NCBI GenBank assembly: GCA_965261975.1
Contig: CBDHEC010000008.1
Coordinates: forward strand, 3,095-67,094
Source of the DNA: Alphaproteobacteria bacterium
GTDB taxonomy: Bacteria > Pseudomonadota > Alphaproteobacteria > UBA6615
Reading direction: 5' to 3'
Length of the DNA stretch: 64,000 nt
A model generated the notes under the pieces. The model saw nothing but the letters and a program-made list of their open reading frames with translations. It did not search any database and had not been told where the DNA came from. The position numbers and the translations under genes are program-made. Shown here piece by piece: positions 37,774 through 46,537 of the stretch (the first letter of the stretch is position 1; every line of letters begins with the position of its first letter).

Positions 37774-39261
37774 TCAGCCCGGGGAGCGCAGCTCGCCCGG
37801 ATGCATCATCGGCATCGGCTGTTTCTCGTTCAGTTCCGGCTTCAGCCAACGCACGATCCCCGCGACACCGTCGACGCCAACCGTGGAGCCGTCGGGTATC
37901 TGCTGGGTCGCACCGGCCACGCCGAGGACCATCGGGATGCCCCGCTCGCGGCCGAGCGACGCCAGATGCGAGGTGCTGCCGCCGAGTTCGGCGACGATCG
38001 CAGAAACCCGCGGCAGAATACCGACCAGCGCGGGACCGGCAACGTTGGTCACCAGAACATCGCCGTGGTTCAGCCGTGAAATCTCGCATTCGCAGTTGAT
38101 CACACAAGCCCGGCCCGAGCCCCAGCCCATGCCGCCGGGATGGCCACGCAGGCCAGGGCGACCGCGCCAGACTTCGTCGAGCACAATCGGCTCTTCGACA
38201 TGCAGTGGGCGCGCCTGCAACATCTTGATGCCGACATCGTCCTTGGCCCACTCGACCTCGACCGAGAGCCCCATCATTTCCTCTGCCACCTTCATGTAGC
38301 GGGCGAGTTCGTGGACCTCATCGGTGGTCAGGCACTGACGGCGCGGTTCCGCGTCCTTCTTGGGGGCGTGGTCATGCTGATGATCATGTTCGTGGTTGTG
38401 ATCGTGATCATGGTCGTGGTCGTGGTCATGACTGTGATCATGCGCATGGTCATGATCGTGATCGTGGCCCTGCGCGCGGGTTGCCGCCACCGCGGCCATC
38501 GGGTTCTGGGGCGGGGCCTGGTGGGTGTGGCAATAGGCGCTGTGCTCGAAGTCCTGTCCGCCGACCGCCTCGATCAGCTTGCCTTCGGGTGTAAGATCGT
38601 AGCGATCGGGTACGACCTCGCCCTGGGCGAGCGCTTCGCCGAGCCCCCAGGTCGCGCTCACGGACATGCCGCCATCGGCGGTCTGGCTCAGGCCACCGCC
38701 CGATGCCTCGGCCTCGATCAAAGGCTGGACCAGCACCGACATCGCGGTGTCGATCGCACTGATATCCTTGTCTTCCATGTAACGCATGGCCTGGGGCGAC
38801 CAGAGGGCCCCCCAACAGGCACGTACCGCGGTCAGAAAATCCGCTTCGCCCTCGATCCCCAGGAAGGTCTGGAACTGGCCCGCGAAGGACGACCCTTCGG
38901 TGTCCTCCATCAGTGACGATGAGCGCACGGCCAGGCGCATGCCTGACTCCGCCGTCAGCACGCGGTAGGCATCGAGCAACTCGGATTCGATTTCAGGCGC
39001 GATGGGTTCGGAGAACAGGCCGATACGCACTTCGGCAATTGGCCCGCGCGATTCCATGAACGGCAGGCTGACGGCCTGATCGGCTGCTTCCACAAGGCCG
39101 AGAGATTCCAGCTGATGGAAATAAGCATCCGCGCCAAGCACAAAACCACCGGGGGTCGGCAACCCGGCATGGCCGAGAGCCGCCTGGTTGGCAGCCTTGG
39201 GACCGAATCGTTCCGCATCCGTCGCCGCCTTGTCAGACAGCGGCACAACGAACTTCGCCAT
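37774..39261 (-). CDS. PEP-utilizing-enzyme-like protein: N-terminal PPDK_N-type nucleotide-binding domain plus C-terminal phosphohistidine swivel domain, with internal (His-Asp)n tract
   Basis: N-terminus resembles PEP synthase/rifampicin-phosphotransferase ATP-binding domain (LRSSSLMEDTEGSSFAGQ). C-terminus is a mobile domain with GGSTSHLASLGRERGIPMVLG. The two are separated by HDHDHDHAHDHSHDHDHDHDHDHNHEHDHQHDH. Confidence 0.7.
   Translation of the reverse strand: MAKFVVPLSDKAATDAERFGPKAANQAALGHAGLPTPGGFVLGADAYFHQLESLGLVEAADQAVSLPFMESRGPIAEVRIGLFSEPIAPEIESELLDAYRVLTAESGMRLAVRSSSLMEDTEGSSFAGQFQTFLGIEGEADFLTAVRACWGALWSPQAMRYMEDKDISAIDTAMSVLVQPLIEAEASGGGLSQTADGGMSVSATWGLGEALAQGEVVPDRYDLTPEGKLIEAVGGQDFEHSAYCHTHQAPPQNPMAAVAATRAQGHDHDHDHAHDHSHDHDHDHDHDHNHEHDHQHDHAPKKDAEPRRQCLTTDEVHELARYMKVAEEMMGLSVEVEWAKDDVGIKMLQARPLHVEEPIVLDEVWRGRPGLRGHPGGMGWGSGRACVINCECEISRLNHGDVLVTNVAGPALVGILPRVSAIVAELGGSTSHLASLGRERGIPMVLGVAGATQQIPDGSTVGVDGVAGIVRWLKPELNEKQPMPMMHPGELRSPG
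38380..38470 (-). repeat. Coding hexanucleotide microsatellite (GATCAY)n, ~15 units, encoding the His-Asp repeat
   Basis: Plus strand reads gtgatcgtgatcatggtcgtggtcgtggtcatgactgtgatcatgcgcatggtcatgatcgtgatcgtg. The reverse complement gives in-frame HD dipeptide repeats. Confidence 0.85.
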
Positions 39262-39392
39262 ATTCCGTTACCTCTAATCCAGATGCCCGAAACATAAAGC
39301 CGGGCTCAATTATCAATTCGGCCGGGCGATCAAGCCGCCCGGCCGAACCAATTCATATTCTAAGCTCCGTTGCGGAGCGCAACAACGCGTAC

Positions 39393-40652
39393 TTAGTGCG
39401 GCATCGGGTCCACGACCGTGATCTGGTTCACCGGGAAGTTGGTGATGACCTCGGTCTCGTCTGCATGGACGATCTGCATCTCCTCGATGCGGACGCCGAA
39501 CTTGAACGGAATACCGTGCTGCGTCTCGAGCGCGAAGACCATGCCTTCCTGGATCTCGATCGGGTGATCGAGGGACCAGATGCGCGAGATGACGGGCGGA
39601 TCGTACTGGGCAAGACCCAGGCCATGGCCCCACAGGTTCGCCGCGGCCTGATCTTCTTCCTCGTAGCCCCAGGCTTCCTTGGCCGACGGCCATTTCAGCG
39701 CGATGTCACGGGTCGAGGCACCAACCTTGACCGCTTCCATCGAGGACTGGAGCCAATCGAGCGCCTCGGCGTAGACGTCCTTCATCTCCTGCGTCGGCTC
39801 GCGGCCCACGCAATAGGTGCGGTAGTAGCAGGACTTGTAGCCATTCCATGTCAGTGCGGCCAAATCCATGAAGACGATGTCGCCCGGCTGGATGATGCGG
39901 TCACCGAAGTTGCGCCAGTTCGGCCATGTGTTCGGACCCGAGGAAACGATGACGTCCTCGACGTCTTCCATGCCAGGAATGTCGTACAGGAACTTCATGA
40001 TGTGCGCGGTCACCTGGTTCTCGGTGATACCCGGCTTCAGGAACTTCATGCACTCCCAGTGAGCGGCATCGCCGATCGCACCAACGATACGGGCACATTC
40101 CTGCTCGTCCTGGCTCTTGACCGCGCGGGCCTCCATCATCGGCGACATGCCGTCGGCCCACTCGATGCCCTCTTCGGCGAAGTGGTTCATCATGTTGATG
40201 TCGACGAAATCGACGCCCAGCTTCTCGCCGGCCACACCGAAACGCGCCATCTCTTCCTTGATGGCGTTGGTGAACTTGGTGACCTGCTGCTTCGAAGCAC
40301 CGCCGGCCGCGCCCTTGATCCAGGCATAGGAGTAGCGGATGTTCTCGGGCGGGATCCACGGCGCGTGGCGCTCGACCTGCATGCCGATATCGCCCTGCTC
40401 GAACAGGACCGGTGCGGCATCGCCACACAGCAGCGCATAGCGCAGACCCGGCTTCAGGCGGTTCCAGCCCGGGGTCAGCGTTCCCGTAATGTAGCGAACG
40501 TTTTCGTCATACATCACCAGCATGGCGCCAAGGCCAGCCTTCTTCATCATGTCGCGGGCGCGTTCGAGCCGATAATTACGCAGGCGGTCCCAGTTGACCT
40601 TTTCCTGCCAATCGACTCCGGCAATGCCGAAATTCGCCGTTCCGTATCGCAT
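39393..40652 (-). CDS. M24-family metallopeptidase-fold enzyme (creatinase/prolidase N-domain plus pita-bread domain; DoeA/DddP-like possibilities)
   Basis: 419 aa. Metal-ligand pattern D..D (DIVFMDLAA), H (GHGLGL) and E/E (ALETQ, RIEEMQ). Confidence 0.75.
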   Translation of the reverse strand: MRYGTANFGIAGVDWQEKVNWDRLRNYRLERARDMMKKAGLGAMLVMYDENVRYITGTLTPGWNRLKPGLRYALLCGDAAPVLFEQGDIGMQVERHAPWIPPENIRYSYAWIKGAAGGASKQQVTKFTNAIKEEMARFGVAGEKLGVDFVDINMMNHFAEEGIEWADGMSPMMEARAVKSQDEQECARIVGAIGDAAHWECMKFLKPGITENQVTAHIMKFLYDIPGMEDVEDVIVSSGPNTWPNWRNFGDRIIQPGDIVFMDLAALTWNGYKSCYYRTYCVGREPTQEMKDVYAEALDWLQSSMEAVKVGASTRDIALKWPSAKEAWGYEEEDQAAANLWGHGLGLAQYDPPVISRIWSLDHPIEIQEGMVFALETQHGIPFKFGVRIEEMQIVHADETEVITNFPVNQITVVDPMPH

Positions 40653-40816
40653 GTTTTACTCCTCGCATATTCAATGCGTCTGGGTTTTCTAACCAGGCAC
40701 CCCGTACCGCTAGGGCCGTCTCGATAAAACGATGCGGGCGGACGAAAGCACTGTTCGGCGCGGATCATATCCGCAAACGAACTGCAGTAAAAGGCAAGTA
40801 TACAGAAAAACAGTCG

Positions 40817-40886
40817 GTTTCGAACGTCGAAACGAAAAGTAAAAAAGTAACGTTATAACGTTTAGATAATGTTACGTTATAACGTC
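40817..40886. promoter_or_regulatory. Cluster of three palindromic sites in the AT-rich region upstream of the M24 gene: GTTTCGAACGTCGAAAC and two copies of (A)ACGTTATAACGT(T)
   Basis: A perfect 14-bp palindrome AACGTTATAACGTT lies at about 40849-40862. A second copy ACGTTATAACGT lies at about 40874-40885, 24 bp centre to centre. A 17-bp near-palindrome lies at about 40817-40833. All share an AACGT core. Confidence 0.6.
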
Positions 40887-40895
40887 TTGTCTTTT

Positions 40896-42620
40896 CTACT
40901 CTGCCGCCGCCGCATCGTTCTTCACGGGATCGGTCGAGAACTCGATTCCACCCTCATCTGTACGATGCAAACGCGTCACCTTGCGCCAGTCGGCATCGTT
41001 GGTGTCAGGATAGTCGAGGCGGTAATGGGCGCCACGGCTTTCCTTTCGTTCCACCGCCGCGGTCGCGAGAATTCGGCCCAGAAGCGCCAGGTTGCGGATC
41101 GAAAGCGCACTCTCGATTTCCTCGCCACGCCCCTTGCCGGTCTCACGGGCCTCTTCCGACAAACGCAGGTTCGGCAGATCCTCATTCTCGATACGCTCAT
41201 ATTCCGTGAGCGCTTCACGAAGCGTGTCCTCGTCACGGATCGGGCCCAGCTTGTCATGGGCCAGCATCCGGCAATGCATCCGCACATCACCCTGATACGG
41301 GCCCTCGGCCCGCTCCAGGAGACCGCTCAGCCATTCACGCTCTTCTTCGGGAATGGCGTTGTCGCCAAGGGTCGGGACCGACACGGGCTCGGCATTCACA
41401 AGCTCTGCCGCCTTGCGGCCTGCACGGCGACCGAACGCCAGCGACGCGGCCAGGGCTGACCCGCCGATGCGGTTGCCGCCATGGATACCGCCGGCCGTCT
41501 CGCCCGCAGCAAACAGACCCGGGATGGAGCTCTGACCATAGGTGTCCACATCGAGGCCACCGAGCCATGTATGGCTACCCGGGGCAACCTCGAGCGGGGT
41601 CTTGGTGATGTCGATGCCGCGGTGCAGGCAGGTCTTGTAGACATGCGGGATCTGCTTCTGGATGGTCTCGATCGGAATCGCCGTCGCATCCATGTAAATG
41701 CCGCCCGTGGAACCGGCGCGGCCCGCGTGGATTTCCTTGGCCATCGCCAGGATCACTTCCGAACGCGATGATTTTTCCGCCGTGTCCGGGAAGTAACGCT
41801 TGAGGAACTCCTCGCCCTCTTCGTTGCGGAACACCGCACCGGCGTTGATGAAGCCTGTGGGATGGGGTGCGAAACCGAACAATTCCTCGGGTGAACAGCA
41901 CATGGCCTGGAAATCGATCATCTCGATCCCCAGCAGATCCGCACCCGCGCGGAAGCCCATGACATAGCCGTCACCGGTCACCTGCGGCGGGTTGTCATTC
42001 ACATAGAACAGACCGCTGCCGCCGCCCGTCGCGAGGATCACCTGCTGGGCGGTGTAGGTCACCAGCTTGGCGTTGCGATAGTCCACGCCCCAGGCGCCGA
42101 CGACACGACCCTCATGCTTCACCAGGTCGACGACCGCCGTCAGGGAGTGTTTCTCGATCCGGTCGTCGCCGCGCAGGCGTTTCGACAGGACCTTCGTCAC
42201 CATGTTGCCGGTGGTGTCATAGTGATGACACGCGCGTGGATGGGAATGGTTGGGGAACATCTTCAGGTCGAGTTCGCCATCCTCGCCGCGGATGAACTCG
42301 CCACCCCATTCCTCGAGGTCCTTGACGATCTGGACGATATCCTCGCACCAGGCCCGTGCCATCTCGGGGTCGATCAGCTCGCCACCATATTTCAGGATGT
42401 CTTCCAGATGCTGGGCAGGGCTGTCGTCCTTGCCCATCGCCGCGGCAAAACCGCCGCGCGCCACCGTCGTCGTGCCGCTGGTCGCACGACCCTTGGTCAC
42501 CTGGATCGTCTTGACGCCGGCCGTGGCGCACTCAAATGCGGCCATGGTCGCCGCGGCGCCGCCGCCGACAATCAGGACGTCGGTCTCAAAATGTTCGACC
42601 TCAATGGAAAGGCTCATCAC
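40896..42620 (-). CDS. FAD-dependent oxidoreductase, succinate dehydrogenase/fumarate reductase flavoprotein-like (FAD_binding_2 family)
   Basis: N-terminal DVLIVGGGAAATMAA FAD motif. Internal and C-terminal flavoprotein-family conservation, including the RGAHYRLDYP region. 574 aa. Confidence 0.8.
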   Translation of the reverse strand: MMSLSIEVEHFETDVLIVGGGAAATMAAFECATAGVKTIQVTKGRATSGTTTVARGGFAAAMGKDDSPAQHLEDILKYGGELIDPEMARAWCEDIVQIVKDLEEWGGEFIRGEDGELDLKMFPNHSHPRACHHYDTTGNMVTKVLSKRLRGDDRIEKHSLTAVVDLVKHEGRVVGAWGVDYRNAKLVTYTAQQVILATGGGSGLFYVNDNPPQVTGDGYVMGFRAGADLLGIEMIDFQAMCCSPEELFGFAPHPTGFINAGAVFRNEEGEEFLKRYFPDTAEKSSRSEVILAMAKEIHAGRAGSTGGIYMDATAIPIETIQKQIPHVYKTCLHRGIDITKTPLEVAPGSHTWLGGLDVDTYGQSSIPGLFAAGETAGGIHGGNRIGGSALAASLAFGRRAGRKAAELVNAEPVSVPTLGDNAIPEEEREWLSGLLERAEGPYQGDVRMHCRMLAHDKLGPIRDEDTLREALTEYERIENEDLPNLRLSEEARETGKGRGEEIESALSIRNLALLGRILATAAVERKESRGAHYRLDYPDTNDADWRKVTRLHRTDEGGIEFSTDPVKNDAAAAE

Positions 42621-43897
42621 GCTGCTCCGGATGTGCGGGTGCCGCCCGATGCGGACCCGATGATTTCAAGAAAAGCCGCCACGCAGGCATCTGCGAAGGC
42701 GGCGTCGTTGATATGACACGGGAGTTCTTCGACCGTGCCAGTGGTCAGGTTTTCACTCAGGGTCTGGCTGAACATACGGTCGGTCTCGGGCTGTTTCCAC
42801 GATCCCAACTCGTTCTCCGCCAGGTCATATGTCTTGCGCTTGGTGTGCTCGCTATATCCCTCGAGCGGGATCAGCACCCGGACCGGCCCGCTGGCGGCGT
42901 TCAGCCGTTCGGCGAAGGCCCGGCCGAGCTCGGCCATCTCCTCGCCGTTGGTCCGCATCAGAAGATTCTGCGCGTTGTACTGGAAGAACTCACGGTCGCG
43001 ATAGCGCTCCGGCGCCTGCCCGGCCCAGAAATTCGAATGGTCGATCGCGCCCGGCACCACGACCTGTGGCAGCCCCATGGCGCCGGCGCCGGTCAGGCGT
43101 TCGCCGCCCGCGTCATACACGCCATTGGTCACGAAATCCGTAAGCTCGTGGGTGGTAATGTCCAGAACACCGGCCAGCTCGCCCTCGCGTGCCAGCCGTT
43201 CGAGTGCGCGTCCGCCGATGCCGGAGGCGTGGAACAGAATGACCTCGAAACCTTCTGCCTCGAGCAGCGCCTGCGCGCGGTCGACACAGCCTGCCGTGCC
43301 GCCGAAGGACGAAACCGCCGCAAGCGGCGGATGACCTTCGGTCTCGGCGGCCTTGTTCGCCCGGTGGCTCGCCGCAGCGGCCACCCCAACGGCGGCGTTC
43401 TCCATCGCGGCCTTGGTGATCCGGTTGAGCGCCACATCGCCGATCGAGGCGTGCATGGCGATATCGGCCTCTGCCACATACCATTGCACGGCGGCCGTCG
43501 CCGCAACCGCGCTCACCATCGCTTTCGGAACCAGATACGGCAGCGCGCGCATGATTGCGCATGCCATGGTCGTGCCGTTGGCACCGCCGAGGCCGATCGC
43601 GCCGTCCAGTTCGCCGGCATCGAAGCGGCCGCGCACGACCTTGATGGCGCCGTCCAGCATGGCGTCCGACGCCGCGCGCCGGTCCATGTTCGCCAGGCCG
43701 TCCCAGCTATGCCCGCCGGCTTCGGCGACATCACCGCCGGTCATGTCCGCGCCGGCGCTGTCATGGGGCATCAGGGAGAGGTCGACGATCCATGGCGTGG
43801 CACCGGCGTCGGCCAAGCATGACGCAACAAACAGCGCTTCGGGAGCCTTGGTGTCCATGGTCACCAGGATGGCGACAGTCGGTTTGGCGGCTGACAT
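42617..43897 (-). CDS. UPF0261 family (Tm-1-like) ATP-binding protein
   Basis: MSAAKPTVAILVTMDTKAPEALFV N-terminus typical of UPF0261. 4-nt overlap with the upstream flavoprotein gene implies an operon. Confidence 0.65.
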   Translation of the reverse strand: MSAAKPTVAILVTMDTKAPEALFVASCLADAGATPWIVDLSLMPHDSAGADMTGGDVAEAGGHSWDGLANMDRRAASDAMLDGAIKVVRGRFDAGELDGAIGLGGANGTTMACAIMRALPYLVPKAMVSAVAATAAVQWYVAEADIAMHASIGDVALNRITKAAMENAAVGVAAAASHRANKAAETEGHPPLAAVSSFGGTAGCVDRAQALLEAEGFEVILFHASGIGGRALERLAREGELAGVLDITTHELTDFVTNGVYDAGGERLTGAGAMGLPQVVVPGAIDHSNFWAGQAPERYRDREFFQYNAQNLLMRTNGEEMAELGRAFAERLNAASGPVRVLIPLEGYSEHTKRKTYDLAENELGSWKQPETDRMFSQTLSENLTTGTVEELPCHINDAAFADACVAAFLEIIGSASGGTRTSGAA

Positions 43898-44111
43898 TTC
43901 GGGCCGTCTCTTCCCTGTTGTTTTTCTGCGTGCGGGTTTATCACATGCCGCAGAGCTAATCGCGACGCTCAACCGCAATAAACTTGTTCCGATTATTCCC
44001 GGACAAGTCCCGCTTTTCGCGGATCATAGCGAATGAGAGAGCGTCTCGAAACATGCGCAAGAAGTTTGCGTGCTTTAGTATCTACGAACCATAACCGCGT
44101 TGAGATCACCC

Positions 44112-44978
44112 ATGCCTGCACCCATTCAGCCGCGCCGCAGCTTCATCTTCTCTCCCGGCACCGACCCGTCGATGTTCACCAAGGCCATCGGCTCGGGTGC
44201 AGATATCGTCTGCGTCGAACTCGAAGACGGTGTCGCGCCCCACGACAAGGACGACGCGCGTGAGAACATGCTCGGTATTTTCGCCGAGCCCCAGGCTGAC
44301 GACGGGGTGGAACGCATCGTCCGGGTCAACGAACTGGGCAGCGACTATGGTCGCGCCGACCTGGCGGCGATCTACGAAGCCAAGTCACCGCCCCCGGCCC
44401 TGATGCTGCCCAAGGTCAACACCGCCGAAGAAGTCCGGGGCGTGTCGGACAAGCTCGACGAACTGGGCCTGCCTGTCCGGCTGCAGATCATCATCGAGAC
44501 CAATCACGGGCTGGAGGCCGCCTACGACATCGCCCATGCCAGCCACCGCATCGACTCGCTGCTGTTCGGTGGTGTCGACCTCGCCGCCGACCTGCGTTGC
44601 GAATATGCCTGGGAGCCGCTGCTCTACGCCCGTTCACGGGTGGTGCATGCCGCCGCCGCGGCCGGGGTCGACGCGATCGACGTGCCCTGGCTCGACCTCA
44701 AGGATTTCGACGGCCTGCGCCAGGAGGCAGAGGCCAGCGCGCGTCTGGGCTTCACCGGCAAGGGTGCGATCCATCCCAACCAGATCGAGATCATCAACGG
44801 GATCTTCTCGCCCAGCGCCGAAGAAATAGCCCACGCCCGCAAGATCGTGGCGGCCTTCGAAGAAGCCAACACAGGCCTCGTCGTCGTCGACGGCAAACTG
44901 ATCGAGCGACCGGTGCTGCGGACGATGGAGCGAATTATTGCCGTGGCCGACCGGGCCGCGGAACGGGCCGGCACCTGA
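44112..44978 (+). CDS. HpcH/HpaI aldolase/citrate lyase beta-subunit (CitE)-like lyase
   Basis: IFSPGTDPSMFTKA...ADIVCVELEDGVA and DLRCEY/IHPNQIEI motifs typical of CitE/malyl-CoA lyase-like enzymes. Confidence 0.8.
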   Translation: MPAPIQPRRSFIFSPGTDPSMFTKAIGSGADIVCVELEDGVAPHDKDDARENMLGIFAEPQADDGVERIVRVNELGSDYGRADLAAIYEAKSPPPALMLPKVNTAEEVRGVSDKLDELGLPVRLQIIIETNHGLEAAYDIAHASHRIDSLLFGGVDLAADLRCEYAWEPLLYARSRVVHAAAAAGVDAIDVPWLDLKDFDGLRQEAEASARLGFTGKGAIHPNQIEIINGIFSPSAEEIAHARKIVAAFEEANTGLVVVDGKLIERPVLRTMERIIAVADRAAERAGT

Positions 44979-44986
44979 CCGCCGGG

Positions 44987-46429
44987 TCAGCCGACCGCAG
45001 GCGGTGTCCCGAGGCGTTGCCGCGCCGCTCCCAGGACCTTCTCGAAGGCCCGTGCGATGGCTATCGCCTGTGCATCTGCGCCGCCTGCACACATGACCTG
45101 CAGGCCGACCGGCATCCCCGCCGCGTCGAGCGCCACAGGGATCGTCACCCCATTCATCGCCAGCAGGTTCGCCACTGTCGTGTTCCGGGCCGCCATCAAA
45201 TTGGCCTTCATATAAGCCTTCGGATCCTGCACGTCGGCAATCTTCGGCGGCGTAATCGGCACCGTCGGCCCAACCACCCCATGCACGCCCGCGATCGCGG
45301 CATGCGCGGTCGTTGAAAGCACCGACATCCGTCGCAACCGGCTGCGATAGTCGCTCGAGGTCATCGCCGCCATCTTGTCGAAACGCGATCCCACCATCGG
45401 ATCGATATCCTCGAGGAAGTCCGGCAATTCATCCTTGATAAAGCTGGCAAATTCGAAGGCCGACAGGCCGCCACTGCGGAAAATCCGATCGACTTCGTCG
45501 AGGCCGGGAATTTCAACCTTGGTAATCCGCGCGCCGGCCGCCTCAAGCTCCGTCAGCGCTGACTGCACGGCTTCGGCGATACCCGGGTCGCAGTCGGCGA
45601 AGAATGTCTCGCAGACGCCGATCCGGAAATCACCGACCACCGCCGCCTCAACATCGGCCATAAAGCTCCCGGGATCCGGGCTGACGACGGGATCGATCAC
45701 CGAGAATGCCAATGCCGCGTCGGCGACCGATCGCGCGAGCACGCCGGGCGTATCGAGCGTGCTGCTCAGCGGCGTGATGCCCTCGATCGACCAACGGTCC
45801 TGGGTGGTCTTGATGCCAACAGTCCCGGTCATGCTGGCGGGCATGCGTACCGACCCCGCCGTGTCAGTGCCCATTGCCACCAACGCCGAACCTTCCCACA
45901 GGCTCACACCCGCACCCGCGCTGGAGCCGCCGGGCGCGCGATGATCATTGGCATCCCACGGGTTGCGCGGTGTGCCCCAATGAGGGTTCGTGCCCAGCGC
46001 ACCGAAGGCGAACTGCACCGTATGGGTCTTGCCCGAGAATGTGGCGAGCTGTCCCCGCAATGCGCGTATCACCGGACCTTCGTGGCGCCACGCCTCGGGC
46101 AGTTCACGCGGTGAGCCGGCGAAGGTCGGGTATCCACGAACGCCGTACAGATCCTTCACCGATACCGGTATGCCCTGCAGCGGCCCGAGGTCGATGCCGG
46201 TCGCAAACGCGCCGTCGGCAACATCGGCCTCGGCGCGAAAGCGCGTCGAATCCCAGGTTTTGTACGCGCCGAAGGTGGCATCACCCGCCTCATGGTTGGC
46301 GATGGCGGCGTCCGCAAGCGCAGCCGCACTTGTTCTGCCTTCCCGCAAATCAGCGGTTAATTCGACAATAGTGCGGTCTTCGAGTTTGATTTCAGGCATC
46401 GGTGGGCGCTCCTCGCTCACATGCTGCAT
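44987..46429 (-). CDS. Amidase (amidase-signature family), second copy
   Basis: GGSSAGAGVSL signature with the VKDLYGVRG Lys context. 480 aa. Confidence 0.85.
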   Translation of the reverse strand: MQHVSEERPPMPEIKLEDRTIVELTADLREGRTSAAALADAAIANHEAGDATFGAYKTWDSTRFRAEADVADGAFATGIDLGPLQGIPVSVKDLYGVRGYPTFAGSPRELPEAWRHEGPVIRALRGQLATFSGKTHTVQFAFGALGTNPHWGTPRNPWDANDHRAPGGSSAGAGVSLWEGSALVAMGTDTAGSVRMPASMTGTVGIKTTQDRWSIEGITPLSSTLDTPGVLARSVADAALAFSVIDPVVSPDPGSFMADVEAAVVGDFRIGVCETFFADCDPGIAEAVQSALTELEAAGARITKVEIPGLDEVDRIFRSGGLSAFEFASFIKDELPDFLEDIDPMVGSRFDKMAAMTSSDYRSRLRRMSVLSTTAHAAIAGVHGVVGPTVPITPPKIADVQDPKAYMKANLMAARNTTVANLLAMNGVTIPVALDAAGMPVGLQVMCAGGADAQAIAIARAFEKVLGAARQRLGTPPAVG

Positions 46430-46537
46430 TCTTCGTTCCCGCGAGAACAGGAGTAATTTGCGCCGACCACTCGCCCGGCGCTCGGTTTATTGTCTATGCT
46501 GCGCCCAGCGAGTAACCCGCTCTTGGAGAGAGTGAAC

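Noticed and set aside
38380-38470. Possible CRISPR array or non-coding tandem repeat
   Set aside because: The repeat unit is 6 nt, in frame and inside a well-supported ORF. There are no spacers and no cas genes. It is a coding microsatellite.
40817-40886. Possible miniature inverted-repeat transposable element or IS terminal repeat
   Set aside because: There are no flanking direct repeats, no transposase and no second inverted copy at a distance. The palindromes are short and self-complementary, so they fit operator sites better.
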